From an uncultured Hyphomicrobium sp. (GTDB lineage: Bacteria > Pseudomonadota > Alphaproteobacteria > Rhizobiales > Hyphomicrobiaceae), in the NCBI GenBank assembly GCA_964589785.1, contig CAZPUQ010000010.1:874-64873 (forward strand): a DNA stretch of 64,000 nucleotides. Direction: 5' to 3'. Below, piece by piece: positions 48,355-57,853 of this stretch. Made by a program: the position numbers and the translations under genes. Below the pieces are notes generated by a model. That model ran no database searches. It had not been told where the DNA came from and saw only the letters and a list, made by a program, of their open reading frames with translations. The stretch's first letter is position 1, and the number at the start of each line of letters is the position of its first letter.

Positions 48355-49332
48355 TCAGATCTCGTAGATGAGGGCGCCGCCGGTCAGCCCCGCCCCGGCC
48401 GCGCACAACAGGAGCTTGTCGCCGGCCTTGAGTTCGGCGGCCGCGGCATTGAGGGAGAGCGTGAGCGGGATCGTCGCCGCCGAGCTGTTGCCGTATTCGG
48501 CCACGCTCGACAACATATGCTCGTCCCCGATGTGAAGCTTCTTCTGCACGGCGCCGATGATGCGCGCGTTGGCCTGATGCGGCACGCAGTAGCGGATGTC
48601 GCCGATAGTGAGGCCCGCCTCGGCAAGCGCCCTCCCGGCGGTGGTGGCCATCATCTCGACCGCCTTGGCGAAGACCGCGCGCCCGTCGCGGATCTGCATC
48701 AGTGTCTCGGCGGGGTCGCGGACGGCGCAGAACGGCCGGCGGCTGCCGCCCGCCGGAATCTGGATCAGGTCGTAGCTTGCGCCGTCGGTGGCGAGGGTGA
48801 GGCCGCGGATGCCGCTCGTCCGGCGTGCGTCGGGAGCGACGAGAACCGCACCGGCGGCATCGGCGAACAGGATGACGCTCGCCCGTTCGTCCGGGTTCGT
48901 GCGCCGGGAGAGGATGTTCGCGGCGATGACGAGGACCGCCTTGCCGTGGATGCGCGCGAAGCCGTCCGCATAGGCAAGCGCGTGCAGGAAGCCGCTGCAC
49001 GCGCCGGCCATATCGATGCCGCCCGCTCCGTCGAGGCCGAGACGGTGGGCGACGAGTGGTGCGCTGGGCGGCAGCAAATGATCGGGCGTCGAGGTCGCGA
49101 GGATGATGAGGCCGACGCGCCCGCGGTCGAATCCGGCCTGCGACAGCGCCATCTCGCCCGCCGCGACCGCCATGTCGGACAAGGCCTCGTCGGGGGCCGC
49201 GTAGCGGCGCTCGCGGATGCCCGTGCGGCGCAGGATCCAGCCATCCTCCAGCCCGAGCCGCGCCTCGAGCTCGGCATTCCCGACGCGGCGTGCGGGGGCG
49301 TAATGGCCGGCGGCGAGGATCGTGGAACCCAT
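48355..49332 (-). CDS. bioZ: FabH-like 3-ketoacyl-ACP synthase III, most likely BioZ (pimeloyl-ACP synthesis)
   Basis: KAS III triad context: DMAGACSGFLHAL (Cys), VPHQANARI (His), EYGNSSAATIP (Asn). It is the last gene of a bioB-F-D-A-x operon, exactly where BioZ sits in Agrobacterium. Assignment is by context. Confidence 0.8.
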   Translation of the reverse strand: MGSTILAAGHYAPARRVGNAELEARLGLEDGWILRRTGIRERRYAAPDEALSDMAVAAGEMALSQAGFDRGRVGLIILATSTPDHLLPPSAPLVAHRLGLDGAGGIDMAGACSGFLHALAYADGFARIHGKAVLVIAANILSRRTNPDERASVILFADAAGAVLVAPDARRTSGIRGLTLATDGASYDLIQIPAGGSRRPFCAVRDPAETLMQIRDGRAVFAKAVEMMATTAGRALAEAGLTIGDIRYCVPHQANARIIGAVQKKLHIGDEHMLSSVAEYGNSSAATIPLTLSLNAAAAELKAGDKLLLCAAGAGLTGGALIYEI

Positions 49333-49369
49333 GTCGGTCCTTTGGATGGCGCGGATGGACGGCTGCCGG

Positions 49370-50641
49370 TCAGAGAGCGGCGCTGGCGGCCTTCAGGATC
49401 GCCGTATAGACGCGGTCGAGATCGGCGCTGGTCGTGCAGTACGGGGGCATCACGTAGATCGTATTGCCGAGCGGCCGAAGCAGGAGTCCCGCTGCGAGGA
49501 GATGTTCGTAGAGCCTCGGGCCGATGCCCGCAAGATAGCCTGCGTCCGGAACGGCGATGTCGGCGGCAGCAATCGTGCCGATCCGGCGCACGTTGGTAAA
49601 CCGGTCGTCGTCGCGGAGCTTGTCGAGGTAGGCCGCCTGGCGTTCGGCGAGCGTCGCGATGCGGTCGGCGACGGGCTCCGTCAGCCAGACGTCGAGGTTC
49701 GCCGCGGCCGCCGCGCACGCGATCGGGTTCGCCGTGTAGCTGGAGGAGTGGAAGAAGGTCTTGCTGCGATCGGTCGAATAGTGGGCGTCGAAGATTGGCC
49801 GCGTCGCAAGTGTCGCCGCCAGGCCGATGGCGCCGCCCGTGAGGCCCTTGGCGACACAGAGGATGTCGGGCGTGATGCCGGCCCGCTCGCAGGCGAACAC
49901 CGTGCCGGTGCGGCCGAACCCCGTCATGACCTCGTCGGCAATGAAGAGGGCGCCATGGCGCCGGGCAATGGCGTGGAGGCGGGCGAGAACGTGCGGCGGG
50001 TAGATCAGCATGCCGCCCGCGCCGAGGATCAGCGGCTCCAGGATCAGGGCGGCTGCGGGCGTCTCGGCCATGACGGCTTCCAGCGCGGCATATGTCATGT
50101 CCTCGCGACCGCTCGCGGGGAACGGCAGTCGGGCGACGTCGAACAGCAGCGGCTCGTAGGGCGCATTGAAGAGGCTGCGCGCGCCGGCCGACATCGTGCC
50201 GATCGTATCGCCGTGATAGGCGTGATCGAACGCGACGATGCGCGTGCGCGGGTCCCCGATGTGGCGCCAGTAGCCGAGCGCCATCTTGATGCCGACCTCG
50301 ACGGCCGTCGAGCCGCTGTCGGAATAGAACACGTGCGCGAGCTCGTCATTGCCGAAGCTCAGCGCGGCGAGCCGCAAGAGCTTCTCGGCCGCGTCTTCCG
50401 CCGGTGCATGCGTGAAGCCTGCGAAGATGACCTGGTCGAGCCGGTCGGCCTGGCGTCGGATCGCATCCATGATCGGCGGGTGGCGGTGGCCATGCGTGAT
50501 GACCCACCACGACGAGATGCCGTCGAATATGCGTCGCCCGTCCTCTGCCGTCAGGTAGGCCCCGTCCGCAGACGCGATGCGGACCGGCGGCGGTGCCACG
50601 GCGTGCTGCGTGAAGGGGTGCCAGATGGCCGACTGGCTCAA
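49370..50641 (-). CDS. bioA: adenosylmethionine-8-amino-7-oxononanoate aminotransferase
   Basis: [12 protein letters not shown]...[10 protein letters not shown]...[11 protein letters not shown]...[12 protein letters not shown] start at 50641 is preceded by GGAGGA at 6-nt spacing and overlaps the bioD stop (TTGA). The rest of ORF 49370..51325 is an upstream artefact. Confidence 0.93.
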   Translation of the reverse strand: MSQSAIWHPFTQHAVAPPPVRIASADGAYLTAEDGRRIFDGISSWWVITHGHRHPPIMDAIRRQADRLDQVIFAGFTHAPAEDAAEKLLRLAALSFGNDELAHVFYSDSGSTAVEVGIKMALGYWRHIGDPRTRIVAFDHAYHGDTIGTMSAGARSLFNAPYEPLLFDVARLPFPASGREDMTYAALEAVMAETPAAALILEPLILGAGGMLIYPPHVLARLHAIARRHGALFIADEVMTGFGRTGTVFACERAGITPDILCVAKGLTGGAIGLAATLATRPIFDAHYSTDRSKTFFHSSSYTANPIACAAAAANLDVWLTEPVADRIATLAERQAAYLDKLRDDDRFTNVRRIGTIAAADIAVPDAGYLAGIGPRLYEHLLAAGLLLRPLGNTIYVMPPYCTTSADLDRVYTAILKAASAAL

Positions 50642-51264
50642 GCGAAATCCTCCAGCCGGAAGTGAGCGGCGAACGCGTCGCGCAGCGAATGGGCATTGAG
50701 GACCGGCAGGTGCGGCAGCCGCCCGAGGATGCGGACCTCGCCCATCTCGGCAATCGTGCGCATGTTGTCGGAGTTCTCCTCGCCGACGAAGGTGATGCCC
50801 AGCAGCGGCACCTCGCGCATGCGCAGCGCGGCGATGGAGAGCAGCGAGTGGTTGATCGTGCCGATCGTCGTGCGCGCGACGAGGATCACCGGAAGATCCC
50901 ATTTCGCATAGAGATCGAGCTGCAGGAACTCGCGCGTGAGCGGCACCATCAGGCCGCCCGCTCCTTCGATGACGAGCGGGCCGTCGACGGACGGCAGCGT
51001 GAGCGTCGCGGGCGCGATGACGACGCCGTCGAGTTCTGCGGCCCGATGCGGCGACAGCGGTGCGTTGAGACGGTAGCCCTCGGGCAGGAGGCGGTCGGGC
51101 GCAAGACCCGAAAGACGCGCGACGGTCTCCGTGTCGCCCTCGGGAACGATGCCGCTCTGCACCGGCTTCCAGTAGTAGGCCCTGAGCGCGCCGGCGAGGG
51201 CGGCGGAGAACACCGTCTTGCCGACGTTGGTATCCGTTCCGCTGACGACAAAGCGCCGTGTCAT
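50638..51264 (-). CDS. bioD: dethiobiotin synthetase
   Basis: [23 protein letters not shown] has the P-loop, and ...[12 protein letters not shown]... follows. Its ATG overlaps the bioF stop (ATGA). Confidence 0.93.
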   Translation of the reverse strand: MTRRFVVSGTDTNVGKTVFSAALAGALRAYYWKPVQSGIVPEGDTETVARLSGLAPDRLLPEGYRLNAPLSPHRAAELDGVVIAPATLTLPSVDGPLVIEGAGGLMVPLTREFLQLDLYAKWDLPVILVARTTIGTINHSLLSIAALRMREVPLLGITFVGEENSDNMRTIAEMGEVRILGRLPHLPVLNAHSLRDAFAAHFRLEDFA

Positions 51265-52394
51265 GGGGCGATCCTCTCCAATTCCCTGGCGATGGCCGCG
51301 GCCAGCGAGGTCGTGGCCTCGGCACTCGCGTTCAACGTGAGGGAGACGCGCAGCCGCGCCGTCCCCTCGGGAACCGTCGGCGGGCGCACGGCCCGCACGT
51401 CGAAGCCTTGCTGCTGCAGGGCCTCGGCGATGGCAACGGCGCGGGCATCCGACCTGACGATCACGGGCTCGATCTGCGTGCCCGTCGGAGTGAGCCCGCA
51501 TTGATCGTGCATCGCCTGTCCGAAGTGTGCGATGCGCTGCATCAGCGCCGCGCGCCGGTCGCCCGCGTCGGCGGCAAGCTTCAAGGCCGCACGGACGCCC
51601 GCAGCCATCAGCGGCGAGGGCGCCGTGGCATAGATGAAGGGCCGCGCGCGGTTGACGAGGAAATCGCGCAGGGTGCGCGGGGCGAGCACCAGGGCGCCCA
51701 TGACGCCGAGCGCCTTGCCGCACGTGTGGAGGGAGATGACATGCGGCTGGCCTTCGAGCGCATGGCCGAGCCCGCGTCCCTCAGGACCGAACACGCCCGT
51801 CGCGTGGGCCTCGTCGATGACGAGGACGGCATCGAGCTCCCGAGCGAGGCGGTCGAGCTCGGCGAGCGGCGCGGTGTCGCCCTCCATCGAATAGAGGCTT
51901 TCGACTGCGATCCAGACCCGACCCGTGCCGCCGCGGCCGCGCCACGCGCGGACGGCGTCGGCGACAGCCGTCACGTCGTTGTGGGCCGCCGCGACGTGCT
52001 CCGCCCGGCTCATACGCATGCCGTCGTGCACGCTGGCGTGGATCAGCTCGTCGTGGACGATGAGGTCCCCGCGCTGCGGCAGCGTGGCGAAGATCGCCGT
52101 GTTGGCCGCGAAGCCGCCGCCCATGTAGAGCGCCGTCTCGGCTCCAAAGAAGGCGGCCGCCTCGTCTTCCAGCGCCTCGTGCTCGGGGTCGTTGCCGCGC
52201 AGGAGCCGCGACCCGCCGGCGCCGACAGGAACGCCGCGCCGGCACGCCTCCGCGATCGCCACGGCGAGCTCCGGCGAGGCGCCAAGTCCCAGGTAGTCGT
52301 TGGACGAGAAATCGATGCCGCGGCGCGGCGCGAGCGCGCGCAGCCGCCCGCGCGCCGCGAGCGCCTTCAGTGCGCGCTCGTGGCCGTCGTGCAT
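51261..52394 (-). CDS. bioF: 8-amino-7-oxononanoate synthase
   Basis: [28 protein letters not shown] and the [11 protein letters not shown]-lysine region are present. Start is ATG 52394 (or 52433). The 814-aa ORF in the track is an off-frame read-through across bioB. Confidence 0.92.
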   Translation of the reverse strand: MHDGHERALKALAARGRLRALAPRRGIDFSSNDYLGLGASPELAVAIAEACRRGVPVGAGGSRLLRGNDPEHEALEDEAAAFFGAETALYMGGGFAANTAIFATLPQRGDLIVHDELIHASVHDGMRMSRAEHVAAAHNDVTAVADAVRAWRGRGGTGRVWIAVESLYSMEGDTAPLAELDRLARELDAVLVIDEAHATGVFGPEGRGLGHALEGQPHVISLHTCGKALGVMGALVLAPRTLRDFLVNRARPFIYATAPSPLMAAGVRAALKLAADAGDRRAALMQRIAHFGQAMHDQCGLTPTGTQIEPVIVRSDARAVAIAEALQQQGFDVRAVRPPTVPEGTARLRVSLTLNASAEATTSLAAAIARELERIAP

Positions 52395-53419
52395 GCCGGT
52401 CGCTCTGGGCTTGAAGCCTCCGGGGCGTCGCATTGCATGGGTTTCAGCCCGAGCTTGGCAAAGAGCACGGCGTCCTTGTCCTCGCCCGGGTTGCCGGCGG
52501 TCAGCAGCACATCGCCGCAGAAGATCGAGTTGGCGCCGGCAAAAAAGCACATCGCCTGCATCTCGTCGCTCATCTCCGCGCGGCCCGCGGAGAGGCGCAC
52601 GAGCGAGCGCGGCATCAGGATGCGCGCGGTGGCGATGACGCGCACGAAGGCGATGGAATCGATCTTCTCGGTGTTCTCGAGCGGCGTGCCGGGAATGGCG
52701 ATCAGCATGTTGATCGGGACGCTCTCGGGATGCTCGTCGAGGTTGGCGAGCGTCACCAGCATGTCGACGCGGTCGGCCTTCTCCTCGCCCATTCCCATGA
52801 TGCCGCCGGAGCAGACCTTCATGCCCGCCTCGCGCACCCGCGCGAGCGTGTTGAGGCGGTCGGCGTAGGTCCGCGTCTTGATGACGTTGGGATAGAAGCG
52901 CTCGGAGGTATCGACGTTGTGATTGTAGTAGTCGAGGCCGGCGTCGCGCAGCCGCACGACCTGGTCGTCGGTCAGCATGCCGAGCGTCATGCACGTCTCC
53001 ATGCCCATCGCCTTGACGCCCCCGATCATGGCGACGATCGTGTCCATGTCGCGCTCCTTCGGCTCGCGCCAGGCCGCGCCCATGCAGTAGCGCGTGGCGC
53101 CGCCGGCCTTGGCCTTGCGGGCCTCGGCGAGCACGCGCTCGACCGCCATGAGCTTGGAGGCCTTGAGGCCGGAGGCATGGTGGGCCGACTGGCTGCAGTA
53201 GCCGCAGTCCTCGGCGCAGCCGCCGGTCTTGATCGACAGCAGCCGGCTCATCTGGACGCGATTGGCGTCGAAGTTGCGGCGGTGCACGCTGTGCGCCCGA
53301 AACAGGAGATCCATCAAGGGCATATCGTGGATCGCCAGCGCCTCCTCGCGGGTCCAGTCGTGCCGGATGGCGGCATCGTCGCGGGGGAACGCCGTCTCGG
53401 GCTTGGCGTGGACGTTCAT
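52367..53419 (-). CDS. bioB: biotin synthase
   Basis: Radical-SAM [11 protein letters not shown], ...YNHNVDTS... and ...[10 protein letters not shown]... are present. ATG 53419 gives MNVHAKPE. Confidence 0.96.
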   Translation of the reverse strand: MNVHAKPETAFPRDDAAIRHDWTREEALAIHDMPLMDLLFRAHSVHRRNFDANRVQMSRLLSIKTGGCAEDCGYCSQSAHHASGLKASKLMAVERVLAEARKAKAGGATRYCMGAAWREPKERDMDTIVAMIGGVKAMGMETCMTLGMLTDDQVVRLRDAGLDYYNHNVDTSERFYPNVIKTRTYADRLNTLARVREAGMKVCSGGIMGMGEEKADRVDMLVTLANLDEHPESVPINMLIAIPGTPLENTEKIDSIAFVRVIATARILMPRSLVRLSAGRAEMSDEMQAMCFFAGANSIFCGDVLLTAGNPGEDKDAVLFAKLGLKPMQCDAPEASSPERPACTTATSAH

Positions 53420-53702
53420 GGGCGCGGGGTCTCCAGGTGGCGGGCCTCGCGGGGAGGCGGCCCTGCCGCTGTTTGTACCCGCGCCGCGCCCCTGCACAAG
53501 ACCCCATCCCCATGCAGACACAACTTGGCGGACGCCGCGCGTACCGAGTCTTCGGTCGATGTACAGCGTACCGTGTCTCCGCGGTCGCCAATAAACATCG
53601 AGCGGCTCTGCATGCCCGGGTCTCGCCCGACCATGACGGGGTAAGGGTGGCGGCTTTCCGTTGGCCGAGGATGACGGCAGGGTACGGCGGCCTCACCACA
53701 CT

Positions 53703-53812
53703 CACCGTTACCCCCGCGAAGGCGGGGGCCTGCGCAAGCGTCTGATCGGACGACGCTGAAGTGACTTGCGCGGATCGCGGCCTGCGCCGCGATGACGTCA
53801 GGGGTGGGGGCG
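53703..53812. repeat. ~110-nt intergenic two-hairpin repeat (REP-like), copy B
   Basis: Gapless alignment to 7770-7879 in the same orientation. Positions 62-95 are nearly identical (...CTTGCGCGGATCGCGGCCTGCGCCGCGATGAC). A partial extra tail copy (GATGACGGCAGGG) lies at about 53670-53690. Confidence 0.7.
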
Positions 53813-53833
53813 GCGGCTTTCTCCCGTCACGTC

Positions 53834-53856
53834 ATGGCCGGGTTCAACCCGGCCAT
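53834..53856. repeat. short GC hairpin (ATGGCCGGG-ttcaa-CCCGGCCAT) adjoining the REP copy
   Basis: Perfect 9-bp stem read directly. It resembles a second common alphaproteobacterial REP motif (GGCCGGG...CCCGGCC). Confidence 0.5.
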
Positions 53857-53904
53857 CCAGGGCTGCTTGCGTCTCACCCGAGCCTTCGCGTGCGGCCGCC
53901 GGCG

Positions 53905-54366
53905 TCAGTTGTGCTCTTCGGGCAGTGTCGGGAGCGGGAACACCGTGATGCCTTCCGCGTCGAGCTCGGCGACCTCGCCGGCGGTGGCCTCGCCGTAGAT
54001 GCCGCGCTCCGGCCTCTCCTCGTAGTGGATCCGGCGCGCCTCCTCGGCGAAGCGCCCGCCCACGTACTCGGCGCTCTTCGCCACCTCCGCACGCACCCTG
54101 CGCACGATCTCCGCCATCGCGGGCGGCACGTAGGCGTGGGGTGCTGGGGCTTGAGGGCTTGCCGCGGCGGGGATACCCGTGTCCGCGGCGCGGCGAGCCA
54201 CGCCGGTCCGGACCGCCGGCGCCATCACGGCCTTCGTCACGTCCGTCGCGCCGCACGACGGGCAGGCCACCTGATTGAGCGCGCTCTGGCACTCGAAGGC
54301 GTCGCTGCTCTTGAACCAGCCTTCGAACTCGTGGGCCGCTCCGCAGACGAGGCGATACTTGATCAT
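53905..54366 (-). CDS. DUF1178-family protein (zinc-ribbon-like N-terminus)
   Basis: MIKYRLVCGAAHEFEGWFKSSDAFECQSALNQVACPSCGATDVTKAVMAP is the typical DUF1178 opening. Its start overlaps the upstream stop (ATGA). Confidence 0.8.
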   Translation of the reverse strand: MIKYRLVCGAAHEFEGWFKSSDAFECQSALNQVACPSCGATDVTKAVMAPAVRTGVARRAADTGIPAAASPQAPAPHAYVPPAMAEIVRRVRAEVAKSAEYVGGRFAEEARRIHYEERPERGIYGEATAGEVAELDAEGITVFPLPTLPEEHN

Positions 54367-55217
54367 GATACACCCCGGTTCTCGACCGTGAAGGGACGGT
54401 CGTGTCCCAAGGAGGGTACGCGGCTTCGCGCATCCTCGATGGCCTGCAAGTCTATGTCGGCGGAGATGAAGCCAGGCTGAACGCCGCCTTCGGCGAGGAT
54501 CTGGCCCCAGGGCGAGATGATGAGACTGTGGCCGTAGGTGTCGCGCCCGTGCTCATGGCGGCCGCCCTGCGCGGCAGCCAGCACGTAGCACTGGCATTCG
54601 ATGGCCCGGGCGCGGAGCAGCGTGTGCCAGTGGGCCTCGCCCGTGAGCTTGGTGAAGGCGGCGGGGACGGCGAGAAACTTTGCGCCCGATTTCGCCAGCG
54701 CCCGGTAGAGCTGAGGAAACCGCAGGTCGTAGCAGATGGAGAGACCGAGCCCGCCCCACGGCAAGTCCGCGATCACCGCGCGCTCGCCGGGCTGGTAGTT
54801 CTTGCTCTCGCGGTAGCTCTCGCCGCCGGGCAGATCCACGTCGAACATGTGGATCTTGTCGTAGCGGGCGATGATGTCGCCGGCCGGCGAGAGGACATAG
54901 GCACGGTTCGCGATCTTGTCGGGTGAGACCTTCACGGCCATGGAGCCGATGTGCAGCCAGATCTTGAGCTCGGCGGCGAGGCGCCGGAAACGCTCCAGGG
55001 CCGGATTTCCCTCCTCGGGTCCGGTCGCGGCAAAGAGCTTCCCGCTTTCGAGCTCCATGAGCGTGGTGACTTCGGGGGTCTGCACGTATTGGGCGCCGTC
55101 GCGGGCCGCCGCGCGGACGAGGACCTCCGCCTCGGCGACATTCTTGTCGACGGTCCGTCCCGAGCAGAGCTGAACGAGGGCCGTGCGAAAGGACCGGCCG
55201 GGGGATGCGTCTGACAT
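54363..55217 (-). CDS. carbon-nitrogen hydrolase (nitrilase superfamily)
   Basis: FRTALVQLCSG...E (Glu), YDKIHMFD (Lys) and LSICYDLRFP (Cys) give the E-K-C triad context. Start at the internal ATG 55217. Confidence 0.88.
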   Translation of the reverse strand: MSDASPGRSFRTALVQLCSGRTVDKNVAEAEVLVRAAARDGAQYVQTPEVTTLMELESGKLFAATGPEEGNPALERFRRLAAELKIWLHIGSMAVKVSPDKIANRAYVLSPAGDIIARYDKIHMFDVDLPGGESYRESKNYQPGERAVIADLPWGGLGLSICYDLRFPQLYRALAKSGAKFLAVPAAFTKLTGEAHWHTLLRARAIECQCYVLAAAQGGRHEHGRDTYGHSLIISPWGQILAEGGVQPGFISADIDLQAIEDARSRVPSLGHDRPFTVENRGVS

Positions 55218-55274
55218 GGGTGCCTGTTGCTCTTGTTCCTTGCAAGCCGCTCGGGGCCGGTACACGCCGCGCAA

Positions 55275-55535
55275 TCAGGCGGCGGCGAGCAGACCGTCGA
55301 GCATGCCGTTGCGGTCCAGCGTGTGGAGATCGTCGCAGCCGCCGACGTAGGTCTCGCCGATCCAGATCTGCGGCACCGTGGAACGGCCGCCGGCCTTGGC
55401 GGCCATCGCCGCGCGCAGGTCCGACTTGCCCGTGACATCGATCTCGTCGAACGTCGCTCCCTTGGTCTTGAGGAGCTCCTTCGCGAGATGGCAGTAGGGG
55501 CAGAAGGAAGCGGTGTAGATGACGACTTTCTGCAT
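55275..55535 (-). CDS. grxC: glutaredoxin 3
   Basis: MQKVVIYTASFCPYCHLAKELL...TVPQIWIGETYVGGCDDL with the CPYC active site. Confidence 0.93.
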   Translation of the reverse strand: MQKVVIYTASFCPYCHLAKELLKTKGATFDEIDVTGKSDLRAAMAAKAGGRSTVPQIWIGETYVGGCDDLHTLDRNGMLDGLLAAA

Positions 55536-55643
55536 CGTGCGCGCAGTCCTCCCGGCCTTCCCTTGATGCACGTCATATTAGGTCGCGGGACTGGGACGAT
55601 TCCAGGTCGGGGATGCCGCAGCGGGCGACTTTTCCAGCCCGGA

Positions 55644-56477
55644 TCACATCCTGCCATCATCCCGGGTCTGATCCTCGGGGCCGCCGGCGCCCGTCGCGAG
55701 CGCCAGGGCCAGCACGTCGACTGCCTCCGCGCCCGCCCGGCGCAGGGCCCGCGTCGCCGCCGCAACCGTGGCGCCGGTCGTGACGACATCGTCGATGAGT
55801 ACGATCCGCCGGCCGTCGATCCGGTCCCGCCGCGCCTCGCGCACCGCAAAGGCGCCGCGCACGTTGGCTTCCCGCTCCGCGCGCGTAAGTCCCACTTGCG
55901 AGGCCGTCGCGCGCACCCTCACCAGAGAGAGGGCATCGACGCAGACGCCCGAGCGCCGGCCGACCTCGTCGGCCAATCGCGCCGCCTGGTTGAACCGCCG
56001 GCGCAGCAGCCGCGTCCGGCTCAAGGGAACGGGAACGATGAGATCGGCCGTCGCGATGAGATCGCGCCCCGCCTCCGTCAGCCAGCGGCCGAGGAGACGG
56101 ACGAGGTCGTCGCGGTCGTGGAATTTCAGGTCGTGGATCAGACGGCGCATCAGCCCGGAATAGTGCGCGACGACGCGCGTGCGATCGAACACGGGCGGAT
56201 CGGCGAGAGCGGCCGTCGAGATCGAGACCTCGCCAGTCGCGAATGGCAGCGGCATGCCGAGCCGGTCGCAAAGGGGAGGCCGGATGAAGTCGATGCGGCC
56301 CCAGCAGGCGGCGCACAGCGTGTCGTGCGCGCTCATAGGCTTCTTGCAGGCAAGGCACACGGGCGGCAGGAGGAGGTCGCCGAACCCGGCCCAGGCCTTG
56401 CGCAGGCGTGCGCGCAGGCGATGCCGTCCCGTCGCACTCGCGGGCGCTTCGGCAGTTTTGAGGTCCCGGCCGGCCAT
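55644..56477 (-). CDS. comF: ComF-family phosphoribosyltransferase-like protein
   Basis: N-terminal Cys cluster CLACKK...CAACW and the PRTase motif IVLIDDVVTTGATV. Confidence 0.85.
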   Translation of the reverse strand: MAGRDLKTAEAPASATGRHRLRARLRKAWAGFGDLLLPPVCLACKKPMSAHDTLCAACWGRIDFIRPPLCDRLGMPLPFATGEVSISTAALADPPVFDRTRVVAHYSGLMRRLIHDLKFHDRDDLVRLLGRWLTEAGRDLIATADLIVPVPLSRTRLLRRRFNQAARLADEVGRRSGVCVDALSLVRVRATASQVGLTRAEREANVRGAFAVREARRDRIDGRRIVLIDDVVTTGATVAAATRALRRAGAEAVDVLALALATGAGGPEDQTRDDGRM

Positions 56478-56537
56478 GCCCTATGCTAGTCGGAACAGGC
56501 GGGCGAGGCGAGAGCCGGAAAGGAGGACGCGGACGGC

Positions 56538-57440
56538 ATGGGCGAGGTGCAGCGGATCTTCGACCGCAGTCTGTGGCGGCAGAGGCGCGACCGCGCGGCG
56601 GGCGGCCTCGACAATCATGACTTCCTGCTGGACCGGTTCTGCGAGGATGTGGAGGAACGTCTGTCGCTCATCCGGCGGACGTTCTCGTCGGCCCTGGTGG
56701 TCGGCGCCCACGGCGGCACCATGGGACGTCGTCTCGCGCGGCGCGGCATCGCCGCGATCGTCGAGACGGAGACGAGCGCGAGGCTGCTCGACGGTTGTGC
56801 CGGCCTGCCCGTCGTCGCCGACGAGGAGGCCCTGCCGTTCGCGGACGAGAGCTTCGATCTCATCATCGCGCCCCTGACGCTCCAGTTCGTCAACGATCTG
56901 CCCGGCGCCCTCCTTCAGATTCGCCGCGCGCTGAAGCCCGACGGGCTCTTCATCGGTGGCCTGTTCGGCGGCGCCACGCTGCGCGAGCTGCGCACGGCCT
57001 GGCTCGAGGCGGAAGCGGAGATCGTCGGCGGCGCCTCGCCCCGCGTCGCGCCGTTCGCGGATGTGCGCGATCTCGGCCACCTTCTGCAGCGGGCCGGGTT
57101 CGCGCTGCCGGTCGCCGACAGCGAGGTGCTGCGCGTGCGCTACGCAACGCCGCTGTCGCTGATGCGCGAGCTGCGCGCCATGGGCGCGGGCAACGTGCTC
57201 GCCGACCGCCGCCGCGTCCCGGTGACCCGCTCGCTTCTGATGCGAGCCGCCGAGATCTACGCCGAGCGGTTCTCCGACGCGGACGGGCGCATTGCGGCTA
57301 CCTTCGAGCTCATGGTCATGACCGGATGGGCTCCGCATGAGAGCCAGCAGAAGCCGTTGCGGCCGGGCTCGGCCGAGGTTCGCCTTGCCGATGCCCTGGC
57401 ATCCGGCGGACGGCGCCGACTGGAACGCGATCCGCGCTGA
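56538..57440 (+). CDS. class I SAM-dependent methyltransferase
   Basis: Rossmann-type ALVVGAHGG...DLIIAPLTLQFVNDLPGAL...LKPDGLFIG pattern. Divergent from comF, as in other Rhizobiales. Confidence 0.8.
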   Translation: MGEVQRIFDRSLWRQRRDRAAGGLDNHDFLLDRFCEDVEERLSLIRRTFSSALVVGAHGGTMGRRLARRGIAAIVETETSARLLDGCAGLPVVADEEALPFADESFDLIIAPLTLQFVNDLPGALLQIRRALKPDGLFIGGLFGGATLRELRTAWLEAEAEIVGGASPRVAPFADVRDLGHLLQRAGFALPVADSEVLRVRYATPLSLMRELRAMGAGNVLADRRRVPVTRSLLMRAAEIYAERFSDADGRIAATFELMVMTGWAPHESQQKPLRPGSAEVRLADALASGGRRRLERDPR

Positions 57441-57523
57441 GAGGGCTGGCGCGGCGCGGCCAATCGGATAGGTTCGGCCGGCACGGAGCCGCCCACTCGA
57501 ATGCGGGCGAACGGAGAGCACCA

Positions 57524-57853
57524 GTGACGATGACAGATGGCCGGCCCGCCGGCGAGACACGGACGGACCGCATCCTGGCCGATCCGGCGTTCCACGCGGC
57601 GGTGGCGCGGCGCGCCCGCTTCGGCTGGTCGCTCGCGGCCGTCATGTGCCTCGTCTATTTCGGTTTCATCGCGCTCGTCGCCTTCGCGCCGGCCGCGCTC
57701 GGCGCGCCGTTCGACGGCGCCACCCTGTCGCTCGGGATCGTGCTCGGCCTCGTCGTCATCGTTGCGGCCTTCCTCCTGACGGCCGTCTATGTCGCCCGTG
57801 CCAACGGCACCTTCGACCGCGAGACCCGCGCCATCGTGGAGCGCAGCCTGTGA
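57524..57853 (+). CDS. DUF485 (YjcH-like) inner-membrane protein
   Basis: Two TM helices. Its position immediately upstream of actP, overlapping it (GTGA), is typical of yjcH-actP. GTG start with GGAGAG upstream. Confidence 0.85.
   Translation: MTMTDGRPAGETRTDRILADPAFHAAVARRARFGWSLAAVMCLVYFGFIALVAFAPAALGAPFDGATLSLGIVLGLVVIVAAFLLTAVYVARANGTFDRETRAIVERSL

Noticed and set aside
51261-53705. 814-aa ORF suggesting a giant fused protein spanning bioF and bioB.
   Set aside because: Only the last 377 codons (from ATG 52394) look like BioF. The upstream part is an alternative frame across bioB, whose own frame (52367..53419) carries the radical-SAM motif.
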